64,000 nucleotides of DNA, from assembly GCA_036304905.1 (NCBI GenBank), contig JAXIXR010000003.1:857-64856 (forward strand). The letters are read 5' to 3'. The translations under genes and the position numbers were made by a program. Positions 27,202 to 37,610 of the stretch are shown one piece after another. The DNA comes from Collinsella sp. GTDB taxonomy: Bacteria > Actinomycetota > Coriobacteriia > Coriobacteriales > Coriobacteriaceae. The notes under the pieces were generated by a model that worked only from the letters and a program-made list of their open reading frames with translations, had not been told where the DNA came from and did not search any database. How positions within the stretch are numbered: position 1 is the stretch's first letter; the number at the start of each line of letters is the position of its first letter.

Positions 27202-27284
27202 GATCCCTTGGGGACGGAGGAAAACGGATCACTGAGGGGGTCGGCCTGACCCAGTGATCCGTTTTCCTCCGTCCCCAAGGGATC
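27202..27284 (-). terminator. 33-bp perfect hairpin between hspR and the aconitase gene
   Basis: GATCCCTTGGGGACGGAGGAAAACGGATCACTG, 17-nt loop, then its exact complement. Confidence 0.6.
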
Positions 27285-27325
27285 ATGAAGTTGAATGCCA
27301 GATTGTCCGAATGCGGCCCGCGTAA

Positions 27326-27742
27326 CTACAAATCGGTCCCCGCGCCCAGCAGCTTGCGCATGACCTGTTCGGGGTTAACCGAGCCATCGCGCGGGGCCAG
27401 GGCAGTGATCTTCTTCTGCATCTTGTACTCGTGCAGCTCGTCCTCGAGCTGGCGCACGCGGGCGCGGAGTTTTTCGTTCTCGCGCTCGCGCTCCTCGGCA
27501 CGCTCCTTCATATCGAGGATGCGCACCACGCCGGCAAGGTTGATGCCTTCGTCGGTCAGCTGGTTGATGAGCTCCAGACGCTCGATATCGGCACGCGAAT
27601 ACAAACGCGTGTTGCCGCCCGAGCGCTGGGGGTTCACCAGGCCCTTGGACTCGTAGACGCGCAGAGTCTGCGGGTGCATGCCGGTCAACTCGGCCGCCAC
27701 GCTGATCATGTACAGCGGTTTGTTCCTATTGTCCTCGGCCAT
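27326..27742 (-). CDS. hspR: MerR-family heat-shock repressor HspR
   Basis: LYMISVAAELTGMHPQTLRVYESKGLVNPQRSGGNTRLYS. Last gene of the dnaK operon. Confidence 0.9.
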   Translation of the reverse strand: MAEDNRNKPLYMISVAAELTGMHPQTLRVYESKGLVNPQRSGGNTRLYSRADIERLELINQLTDEGINLAGVVRILDMKERAEERERENEKLRARVRQLEDELHEYKMQKKITALAPRDGSVNPEQVMRKLLGAGTDL

Positions 27743-27814
27743 ACTACCTGACCCCTTTCCGTCTCGTTATCGTCCATCATAAGCCCGCGGGCGTGGGCGT
27801 GTGCCGCGACCGCC

Positions 27815-28780
27815 CTAGTACGTCGCCTTGTAACGGTTGACCTTCTCGCGATAGTCGCGCGTGTCGGCCTCGCGCAGCTTGGTCATGGCATCGCGCTCGT
27901 CATCGGACAGGTTCGTGGGAACCTGCACCTTGATCTCGACGAGCAGCGCACCGGTGCGGCCACGGTGCTTGACGTCGGGCGCGCCCATTTCCTTAAAGCG
28001 GAACTTCTTGCCCGTCTGGGTACCCGCGGGCACCTTCAGACGAACCGTCGCGCCGCCGGGCGTGGGCACGTCCACCGTGCAGCCGAGCGCCGCCTCATAG
28101 ACCGAGACCGGCACCTCCATGGTTACGTCGGCGCCTTTGCGCTTAAACAGCGGGTGCTCCTCCACATGCGTGGTCACGACCAGGTCGCCGCGCTCGCCTC
28201 CGGCAACGCCGTACTCGCCGCGACGTTTGTAACGCAGCTTGCCTCCGTCGACCGCGCCCGCAGGCACCGAGACCGTAATGGTCTGCTGCTCGCCCGTCGA
28301 GGGAATGCGGTAGGTAACCTTGTGCGTCACGCCGCGAAACGCGTCCTCGGCCGTTACGTCGACAGTCAGCGACAGGTCGCCGCCCTTGCGAGCACGGCTG
28401 CGGCCAGCGCCGGCACCGGCAGCGCCCGCAGCCCCGGCAAAGCCCGAGCCCCAATCACTGCCCCAGGCGCCGTTGCCGCTAAAGATGCTGTCGAAGATGT
28501 CGCCCCAGCCGCTGGCACCCGCGCCGGCACCGTAGCCGCCGCCATACGCGCCGCCCGCGCCCGGCATACCGCCAAACATGAGCATCTGGTCGTACTCTTT
28601 GCGCTTCTTCTCGTCCGAAAGCGTCTCATAGGCCTCGCTGATCTCCTTAAACTTGGCCTCGTCGCCGCCGGCATCGGGGTGATATTTTTGCGCGAGCTTG
28701 CGAAACGCGCTCTTGATCTCTTTGTCGGAGGCGCTCTTGGATACGCCCAGGATGTCATAGAAGGTTTTGCCTGCAGCCAT
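27815..28780 (-). CDS. dnaJ: J-domain co-chaperone, class II (CbpA-like, no Cys-rich zinc-finger region)
   Basis: J domain [31 protein letters not shown]-rich region, C-terminal substrate-binding domains. Only one Cys in 321 aa. Confidence 0.85.
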   Translation of the reverse strand: MAAGKTFYDILGVSKSASDKEIKSAFRKLAQKYHPDAGGDEAKFKEISEAYETLSDEKKRKEYDQMLMFGGMPGAGGAYGGGYGAGAGASGWGDIFDSIFSGNGAWGSDWGSGFAGAAGAAGAGAGRSRARKGGDLSLTVDVTAEDAFRGVTHKVTYRIPSTGEQQTITVSVPAGAVDGGKLRYKRRGEYGVAGGERGDLVVTTHVEEHPLFKRKGADVTMEVPVSVYEAALGCTVDVPTPGGATVRLKVPAGTQTGKKFRFKEMGAPDVKHRGRTGALLVEIKVQVPTNLSDDERDAMTKLREADTRDYREKVNRYKATY

Positions 28781-28888
28781 CGTAGCTCCTCTCCTGTTAC
28801 ATCCGCCGCCCCTGCGGACGGCGGCTCATGCTTTCATATGGCACTAGGCCAGAAAGGGCCCCGGGTGTTGCCCCGGGGCCCTTCTCAA

Positions 28889-29722
28889 TTACTCCTCGGT
28901 GCTCTCGGCCGTATCGGCCGCGGCATCCTCGGGCGCCGCTTCGGGCTCCGGTGCGGGGCGCTTCTCGCCACCGTAGGTCACCGTCACCATCGCGGAACGC
29001 AGGATGCGGTCCGCCATGCGGTAGCCCTTCTGGTACACGTCGTTGACGGTCTCGTCGTACTGCGATGCGTCCTCGACACGCCCCACGGCCTGGTGCTCGA
29101 GCGGATCGAACGCCTCGCCCTTGGGGTCGATGGGCTCAACGCCCTCGTGCGCAAACACATCGAGCAGCTTGGCATGCACCGCGTCAACGCCATCGACGAA
29201 TTGCTTAAAATCGTCGGAAAGCTCCTGGCTGCGGGCATGGTCGATTGCACGCTCGATATCGTCAACCACCGGCAGCAGCGCCGTGACGAGCTTCTCGGTC
29301 GCACGCTCGCGCTCGGCAATGCGCTCGTTGGCGGTGCGGCGACGGAAGTTCTCCCAGTCGGCCTGCAGACGGGCGGTGCGCTCGGTGGCGTCCTTTGCCT
29401 TGTCCTCGGCGGCCTTCTGAGCCTCTGCCGCAGCATCGAGTTCGTTGCGCACGTCGGCAAGCTCCTTTTGGGCCTGCTCGAACTTGAGCTTAAAGTCGTT
29501 GTCGGCGGCTTCCTCACCGGCGCGGATAGCGGCTTCCACCATCTCGTCCTCGGTCATCGTCGCCTCCTTGTTGGAATCCTCTACCTGGTTCTCGGCAGCC
29601 TCGGCCTCGTTGGCCTCGGTATCGTCGACGGCCTCTACGGGAATCTTCACGTCCTTCTCCTCAGAGTCAACGGGGGCGGCGCCAGCGGCAGCCGCCTCCG
29701 TGCGAGCTTTACGGGCGGACAT
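28889..29722 (-). CDS. grpE: Nucleotide exchange factor GrpE
   Basis: Acidic N-terminus, coiled coil, C-terminal FDPLEHQAVGRVED motif. Lies between dnaK and dnaJ. Confidence 0.9.
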   Translation of the reverse strand: MSARKARTEAAAAGAAPVDSEEKDVKIPVEAVDDTEANEAEAAENQVEDSNKEATMTEDEMVEAAIRAGEEAADNDFKLKFEQAQKELADVRNELDAAAEAQKAAEDKAKDATERTARLQADWENFRRRTANERIAERERATEKLVTALLPVVDDIERAIDHARSQELSDDFKQFVDGVDAVHAKLLDVFAHEGVEPIDPKGEAFDPLEHQAVGRVEDASQYDETVNDVYQKGYRMADRILRSAMVTVTYGGEKRPAPEPEAAPEDAAADTAESTEE

Positions 29723-29724
29723 GA

Positions 29725-31617
<1,893 letters not shown>

Positions 31618-31726
31618 TAGAAATTCCCTCTCTCTTTTGCGTTCGCGCTGCCTCGACGGTCTGTCGCGCAGCGCTTCGGCTTGTCTTTCAGGATGTAGTG
31701 TATCCCCTTATGGGCCGGAATATACA

Positions 31727-31753
31727 AAATCTAAGTCAATTCATATAAGATTT
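31727..31753. promoter_or_regulatory. Inverted repeat AAATCTAA-N11-TAAGATTT upstream of dnaK (candidate HspR operator)
   Basis: Same motif as 23229-23255, about 110 nt upstream of the dnaK start. Confidence 0.5.
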
Positions 31754-31879
31754 CTTATCTCTGAGAGTTTAGGTTCGCAAATGCGCAGGTAGATGTACTG
31801 TTTGAGTTCTCGGCAGATCTATTGAGATCTATGTAGAGTTGACTGAGGTTTGCGTCCGGGGGTGCCTGGGGGCCGTCTT

Positions 31880-31991
31880 GCGGAAAGTTCATCCCGGTTT
31901 GAGCGTGGATTCCGGGTCGCAGTTTCCTCTAGCGGGCCCAACCGGAAACTGCGACCCGGTTTTCGGCCAAATAACGGGATGCCCTTTCCGC
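31880..31991. repeat. Nested GGAAA/CCCGG hairpin repeat element
   Basis: Outer pairing GCGGAAAG...CTTTCCGC. Inner 16-bp stem CCGGGTCGCAGTTTCC / GGAAACTGCGACCCGG. Related modules at 9274-9319 and 49085-49245. Confidence 0.6.
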
Positions 31992-32213
31992 AGGCGCGCT
32001 CAATCGCCCTATATTTCAAGTCACCTATAGCTAACATTTGCGCAGCTCAACGGCCTCACCTGCATGTTTTTTAGTAAGCCGTAGCATACTCGGCGAACGG
32101 TATGAAGATGCCGGTCAGAGGGTATTGCAAACGGTCGCTCCCGTGGTATGTTTTTGCCCGAATCAAACCGACGCGCATCGCCTGTAGCGTCGGTCAACAG
32201 AGAGGAAACTACC

Positions 32214-32399
32214 ATGGCTCATCCCGTAATTGATGCCGACGAGTGCATCGCTTGTGGCGTTTGCGTCGACTCCTGCCCCGCTGGCGTTCTGGAGCTCCAG
32301 GACGTCGCTACCGTCGCTGATGAGGACTCCTGCGTCGCCTGTGGCGCTTGCCAGGACGCTTGCCCCGCCGGCGCGATCACCGAGATCGTCGAGGAGTAA
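32214..32399 (+). CDS. Small 2x[4Fe-4S] ferredoxin
   Basis: CIACGVCVDSCP and CVACGACQDACP. ATG 32214 after GAGAGGAAA. Confidence 0.85.
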   Translation: MAHPVIDADECIACGVCVDSCPAGVLELQDVATVADEDSCVACGACQDACPAGAITEIVEE

Positions 32400-32544
32400 C
32401 AGCTCCCCCACTTGCACACTCAAAAGTACACCGTGCACAAAAGGAGGCCTCCGCATCGCCGCGGAGGCCTCCTTTATTTGTACGGATGACTAATCAAAAA
32501 CGGTATCCTTAGGAAAGTGTTTCAAAATCTATAAGGAGTGCCAG

Positions 32545-33906
32545 ATGATTTACGGCGCCAACGGTGAAATTTTCAAAAACTGGGACGATGCGAAAAGCAA
32601 AGTCGAGTCGGTTCCGGCTGATGCCGCTCCGGGAACGCCGCGGACTTATCCGATCGACGCGTACGTCGAAGATGAAAACGGAAACCGCGTCCAGGTGAAC
32701 GGCTTCTGGTTCTCAGAGTTGTCCGAGGAGACGCGCAAGCCATTGTTGCGCGAACTCGGCCTACCGATCACGAAGAAAATTATGTACCGCGACCGAGACA
32801 CGGTTTCACAGGTCCTCGATTTCAAAATCGAGGACGTATGGGACCGGTGGTGCAACGTTGTCGTGAAGCTCGCGAACGGAACGATTACGAATCGAACTCA
32901 CTCTTGGTACTTCTCCGATATGAACAGCGTCCCCGAGAAAACGAATGCCGCGACTCCCAAAAAGAAAAAAGCGGTCGCTAAAAAGAAAACTGCCGAGACA
33001 TCCGATGATGTCCCTGGATTGCCGAACAGCTACGTCGTTTTCGACCTGGAGACAACCGGACTCAACTGCACGGATTGCCAAATCGCAGAGATCGGCGCGA
33101 TAAAAGTCCGCGACGGGAAAGTCGTCGATACATTCAGCCAACTCGTCTACATCGACTTCCCGATGCCGCAAGCCGCGTTGAACGTTAACAACATCACCGA
33201 CGAGATGCTTGCCGATGCTCCACACGCGACCGAGGCCATGAAATCTTTTATCGAGTTCATCGGTGAAGGCGCTGTCCTGGTCGGACACAACATCAAGCGA
33301 TATGACCTGCCGATTATGAAAAGGGTTGCCACCGCATGCCGACTCGACTTCGATTACGCGGAGGCGATTGACACATACCAACTCGCACAACTGGCATGGC
33401 CACACCTCGAACGATGGAGCATGCAGGTACTTCGCGAGTTTCTTAATATCAAAAATGACGACGCCCACCGTGCGCTTGCGGACTGCGAAGACGAGATGTC
33501 TGTTTACGACGCGATAAGGGATGGCGTGAAGTCCGGCGAGCTTTCGATCGAGCCGCCGCGCCGTCGCGCGAGCCGACCCGGTGCCGTCTACAACAAGAAC
33601 TGGGGCAACAAGGTAAAGGCCAAGGACATTAAGCCGACCACCGATAAACTCGATGAGTCTCACCCGCTGTTCGGAAAACTCGTCGTCGTCTCTGGTGACG
33701 TGGCGATGTTCGACGGCGATCGAGTGAGGACTTGGCAGGCGATTGCGAACGTCGGAGGCACGCCACAGGACAACATCACCAAGAAGACCGGCTACCTCGT
33801 GTGCGGTGAGGGTGCGGGCATGACGAAGAGAAATAAAGCTGAGCAGTACGGCATCGAGATCATCAGTGCCGATGAGTTCGAGAATATGTTCAAGGGAGAA
33901 GAGTAA
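32545..33906 (+). CDS. DEDDh 3'-5' exonuclease (DnaQ-like) with C-terminal BRCT domain and unknown 165-aa N-terminal region
   Basis: ExoI VVFDLETTGL, ExoII LVGHNIKRYDLPIM, ExoIII HRALADCEDE. BRCT-like LFGKLVVVSGD...GYLVCGEG...AEQYGIEIISADEF. Lys-rich linker. Confidence 0.75.
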   Translation: MIYGANGEIFKNWDDAKSKVESVPADAAPGTPRTYPIDAYVEDENGNRVQVNGFWFSELSEETRKPLLRELGLPITKKIMYRDRDTVSQVLDFKIEDVWDRWCNVVVKLANGTITNRTHSWYFSDMNSVPEKTNAATPKKKKAVAKKKTAETSDDVPGLPNSYVVFDLETTGLNCTDCQIAEIGAIKVRDGKVVDTFSQLVYIDFPMPQAALNVNNITDEMLADAPHATEAMKSFIEFIGEGAVLVGHNIKRYDLPIMKRVATACRLDFDYAEAIDTYQLAQLAWPHLERWSMQVLREFLNIKNDDAHRALADCEDEMSVYDAIRDGVKSGELSIEPPRRRASRPGAVYNKNWGNKVKAKDIKPTTDKLDESHPLFGKLVVVSGDVAMFDGDRVRTWQAIANVGGTPQDNITKKTGYLVCGEGAGMTKRNKAEQYGIEIISADEFENMFKGEE

Positions 33907-34553
33907 TGGCATTGGCGAACGGCTGGGTAATCGCGTGCCCGAAGGATTGCGCCGGAGACTCCGACGCGCTCGGTGACTGCACTCTATATATCGAGTACTT
34001 TAAGAGAATCAAAGACGTTCCAGGCAAGAAGGACAACACGCCAGGCAGGCCGAACAACGGTGAGGTGCGCGACACCCTCGCAAGCGGCTGGTTCGATGAC
34101 GCGGGGCAAGTCGACGAATTCGGAAAGCAACCGTGGTATCCCTACAGGAATCGAATCCGTGAGGTCGTTGTCCTGGATACCTGGGCTCCGGAGAGCGGTA
34201 GATACCTGTTCGACGGGCTGACCCAATGCAAGTCGTTCGACCTATTGAAACTCGATACATCGGATTGCACGACCCTGGAGGGCATGTTCAGGGGATGTTC
34301 AAGCGTCACGGAGCTTTTTGATCTCGACCGTCTTGACACCTCAAACGTCGAGAACACGTCCTATATGTTCCTCAACTGCTTAGCGCTTAAGGCTGTCAGC
34401 ATCTCGGGCTGGGAAACGTCCAAGATCTCGGACGTCAACCAGATGCTCAGCGGTTGTTCAACCTACATTCTCGCAACCGAGGGGCAGCGCGAGTTCCTGA
34501 ACAAAATCACCGGCTCCACGCAGCACGGAATTTGGACCCGCAACCTTTCGTAG
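33906..34553 (+). CDS. BspA-type (DUF285) leucine-rich-repeat protein without signal peptide
   Basis: Repeats LDTSDCTTLEGMFRGCSSV / LDTSNVENTSYMFLNCLAL / WETSKISDVNQMLSGCS. TAATG overlap with the exonuclease gene. Confidence 0.7.
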   Translation: MALANGWVIACPKDCAGDSDALGDCTLYIEYFKRIKDVPGKKDNTPGRPNNGEVRDTLASGWFDDAGQVDEFGKQPWYPYRNRIREVVVLDTWAPESGRYLFDGLTQCKSFDLLKLDTSDCTTLEGMFRGCSSVTELFDLDRLDTSNVENTSYMFLNCLALKAVSISGWETSKISDVNQMLSGCSTYILATEGQREFLNKITGSTQHGIWTRNLS

Positions 34554-34574
34554 CCCAGATCAAAATACCGGTTG

Positions 34575-34617
34575 TTTCCAGAAATCCTCTAGACGCCTTC
34601 TAGAGGATTTCTGGAAA
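34575..34617 (+). terminator. 19-bp perfect hairpin after the LRR gene
   Basis: TTTCCAGAAATCCTCTAGA-cgcct-TCTAGAGGATTTCTGGAAA. Confidence 0.65.
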
Positions 34618-34768
34618 TGCAAATAACTTTAGATTCCGAGTGTATCGACCGGAGCAACAACGATGCCTTCGCTAGTTACGTGAGCCGGCATACCAAACGG
34701 AAGCGTACTTTTGTACGCGACCGACGATTGAACGTCAGATTGCCGCTTAGGGGCGTTTGCAGCGTCGG

Positions 34769-35314
34769 CTACGATAGGTCGTCTTCGTAGGGCATCAGGT
34801 CTGCCAGATAGCCTTTCTCCTTGAGCATGGCCTCGATCTCGTCGAGGGTTTGCTCATCCTCTGCCGCAATGCGATGGAAGTGATAGCCGCTGGTTACCGT
34901 CAGCAGCGGAAAGCTCTTGCCGCTCTCGATATCGTGCAGGTAGCGCTCAACATCGCGACGATTGCGGATGTCCAAGTCGGCCGTGATCTTGCCGTACACG
35001 CGGTGATTGACGATCACGTTGAGCACGGAGCCGCCGACGTCGACGATACTCGTGAGCTCATCGCCTGCCTGCTCCACGCTGTGGCGAACCTTGACCAAGC
35101 GCGTGGGCACGGCGGGGCTGCTGGGAGCCTCCTGCAGCACATAACCACGGTTGGTTGCCACGACATCGTGCCCATCGGCACGCAACAGGGCAATATCCTG
35201 AACCACGACCTGACGGCTCACGCCAACCTCGCGGGCAAGTGCACTGCCCGAAACGGGCTCCTTGGCTTCCTCGAGCACGCCCATGATGGCACGGCGACGC
35301 TCGCGGGCGTTCAT
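34769..35314 (-). CDS. niaR: NAD-biosynthesis repressor NiaR (HTH plus 3H domain)
   Basis: RRRAIMGVLEEAKEPVSGSALAREVGVSRQVVVQDIALLRADG. 3H-type His residues in the C-terminal half. Last gene of the nad operon. Confidence 0.8.
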   Translation of the reverse strand: MNARERRRAIMGVLEEAKEPVSGSALAREVGVSRQVVVQDIALLRADGHDVVATNRGYVLQEAPSSPAVPTRLVKVRHSVEQAGDELTSIVDVGGSVLNVIVNHRVYGKITADLDIRNRRDVERYLHDIESGKSFPLLTVTSGYHFHRIAAEDEQTLDEIEAMLKEKGYLADLMPYEDDLS

Positions 35315-36174
35315 TATTTACCGTCCAGCAGACGCAGGTGCTTAAGCGAGAGGTCGAGAATCGGCGCAGAGTGCGTCAACGCCCCCGAGCTAATAAAGTC
35401 GACGCCCAGGTCGGCCAGGGCGCGGATATTGCTGGCATCCACATTGCCCGAGCACTCGGTCTTGGCGCGGCCGTCGATAAGCTCAATCGCGGCAGCCATG
35501 TCGTCGTGGGTCATGTTGTCGAGCATGATGATGTCGGCACCGGCCTCCACGGCCTCGCGTACCATGTCCAGGTTCTCGCACTCGATCTCGACCGTCGTGG
35601 TAAACGATGCGTGGGCGCGTGCCATCTCGATCGCACGCGTCACGCCGCCGGCTGCGTCGATATGGTTGTCCTTGAGCATGACAGCCGTCGACAGGTTGTA
35701 GCGGTGGTTGCTGCCGCCACCGATCTCGACCGCGGCCTTCTCGAAGACGCGCATGCCCGGTGTGGTCTTGCGCGTGTCGACAAGCACGGTCTTGGTACCC
35801 TCGAGCGCCGCCGCCATTCGGTGCGTATAGGTGGCGATGCCGCTCATGCGCTGCAGGTAGTTGAGCGCCACACGCTCGCCCGAAAGCAGCACGCGCGCGT
35901 CGCCGCGCACCTGGCCCACGTGGTCGCCGGCGTGCACCTCGTCACCGTCGGCAACATCGAACAACACGGAGCTCTGCGGATCCAGCAGCTCAAAGGTGCG
36001 GGCGAACACGTCCAGGCCGGCGATGATGCCGTCGGCCTTAGCGATGAGCTCCACCGTGGCGGGGCGCGCCGTGGGGCACACGCTCGCCGTGCTCACGTCC
36101 TCAAAGGTAATGTCCTCGCGCAGGGCCTGCAGAATCAGATCATCGACGACGAGCTTCATGGTAATGGGATTCAT
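35314..36174 (-). CDS. nadC: Nicotinate-nucleotide pyrophosphorylase (quinolinate phosphoribosyltransferase)
   Basis: 286 aa with typical VDTRKTTPGMR and MLKDNHI motifs. TAATG overlap with niaR. Confidence 0.9.
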   Translation of the reverse strand: MNPITMKLVVDDLILQALREDITFEDVSTASVCPTARPATVELIAKADGIIAGLDVFARTFELLDPQSSVLFDVADGDEVHAGDHVGQVRGDARVLLSGERVALNYLQRMSGIATYTHRMAAALEGTKTVLVDTRKTTPGMRVFEKAAVEIGGGSNHRYNLSTAVMLKDNHIDAAGGVTRAIEMARAHASFTTTVEIECENLDMVREAVEAGADIIMLDNMTHDDMAAAIELIDGRAKTECSGNVDASNIRALADLGVDFISSGALTHSAPILDLSLKHLRLLDGK

Positions 36175-36177
36175 GGT

Positions 36178-37554
36178 CTACTCCTCCACGGCCTGCGTAC
36201 CGGCGGCACGGGCCAAATCATCGATTGCCAGGGTGTCGGCGCTCAGGGCGCGATGGCGTCCATCGAGCGCGGGCTCGCCTGCCTGCTCCACGGCAAGCGA
36301 CTCGCCGGTGCGCATGCGCCAAGCAGCGCGGCGACCCCAGACCAGTGCTTCGAGCAGGCTGTTGGAAGCTAGGCGATTCTTGCCGTGAACGCCGTTGCAG
36401 GCCGTCTCGCCGGCGGCGTAGAGCTCGGGCATCGAGGTGCGGCCGTCCTTGTCGACCCACACGCCGCCCATAAAGTAGTGCTGCGTGGGCGTGACGGGAA
36501 TGGGTTCATCCAGGATGTCGCGACCGTCCTCAAGGCAGCGCGCGCGGATGTTGGCGAAGTGCCCGGTCACCACGTCGCGCTCGACGGGGGCAAAGCTCAG
36601 CCACTCGTGCTCGGTGCCGTCCTGCTTCATCTGCTCGCGAATAGCGGCGGCGACCACGTCGCGCGGCTGCAGCTCGTCGGTAAAGCGCTCGCCGGCGGCG
36701 TTGAGCAGAATCGCGCCCTCGCCGCGGCAGCTCTCGCTGATCAGGAAGGTGCGGCCCGGCTGCGGCGAGAACAGTCCCGTGGGGTGAATCTGCACGTAGT
36801 CAAGATGCTCCATCGTAATGCCGTGCTCCTGCGCGATGTAGCAGGCGTCGCCGGTGAGCTGCGGGTAGTTGGTGGAGTGGTCGTATACGCCGCCGATACC
36901 GCCCGTCGCCCACAACGTGTGGCGAGCATGAATCTCAAACGGCTCGCCGGTATGCGCGCCCTCGGCGGCATTTACCAGTTCGTCGGCGGGGCGGACCGAG
37001 TTGTCCTCGTCCACCGCAACAGCGACGACACCAGTGCACACCGTGGCCCCATCGCGCTCGGCCGTCAGGATGTCGGTCATGGCCACGTGCTCAAGAATCT
37101 GCACGTTGTCCAGCTTGCGGACGGCCTGGAGCAACTTGGTCGTGATCTCCTTGCCCGTAATGTCGGCATGGAAGGCGATGCGCGGGCGGCTGTGCGCGCC
37201 CTCGCGGGTAAAGTCGAGGCTGCCGTCGGCCTTGCGCTCAAAGTCCACGCCCATCGCCAGCAGGTCGTTGATGACCGAGCGGCTCGAGCGAATCATGATG
37301 TCTACGCTCTCGCGGCGGTTCTCGTAGTGACCGGCGTGCATGGTGTCCTCAAAGAAGGCATCGTAGTCCGAGCCCTCGGGAAGCACGCAGATGCCGCCCT
37401 GTGCGAGCATCGAGTCGCACTCGTCGACCGCGCCCTTGGAGAGCATGATCACGCGCGCGCTCGTCGGCAGATTGAGGGCAGCGTATAGGCCCGCCACGCC
37501 GCAGCCGGCAATGACGACGTCGCACTCCATGTCGGGGTATTGCTTGGTTTCCAC
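36178..37554 (-). CDS. nadB: L-aspartate oxidase
   Basis: FAD fold CDVVIAGCGVAGLYAAL. GTG 37554 lies 6 nt after GGGAGAGG. The longer listed ORF (to 37941) has an Arg-rich nonsense N-terminus. Confidence 0.88.
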   Translation of the reverse strand: METKQYPDMECDVVIAGCGVAGLYAALNLPTSARVIMLSKGAVDECDSMLAQGGICVLPEGSDYDAFFEDTMHAGHYENRRESVDIMIRSSRSVINDLLAMGVDFERKADGSLDFTREGAHSRPRIAFHADITGKEITTKLLQAVRKLDNVQILEHVAMTDILTAERDGATVCTGVVAVAVDEDNSVRPADELVNAAEGAHTGEPFEIHARHTLWATGGIGGVYDHSTNYPQLTGDACYIAQEHGITMEHLDYVQIHPTGLFSPQPGRTFLISESCRGEGAILLNAAGERFTDELQPRDVVAAAIREQMKQDGTEHEWLSFAPVERDVVTGHFANIRARCLEDGRDILDEPIPVTPTQHYFMGGVWVDKDGRTSMPELYAAGETACNGVHGKNRLASNSLLEALVWGRRAAWRMRTGESLAVEQAGEPALDGRHRALSADTLAIDDLARAAGTQAVEE

Positions 37555-37610
37555 AGGAATCCTCTCCCTTGTGATGTGACATAAGGGACCGTCCCTCATG
37601 CAACATTGTT

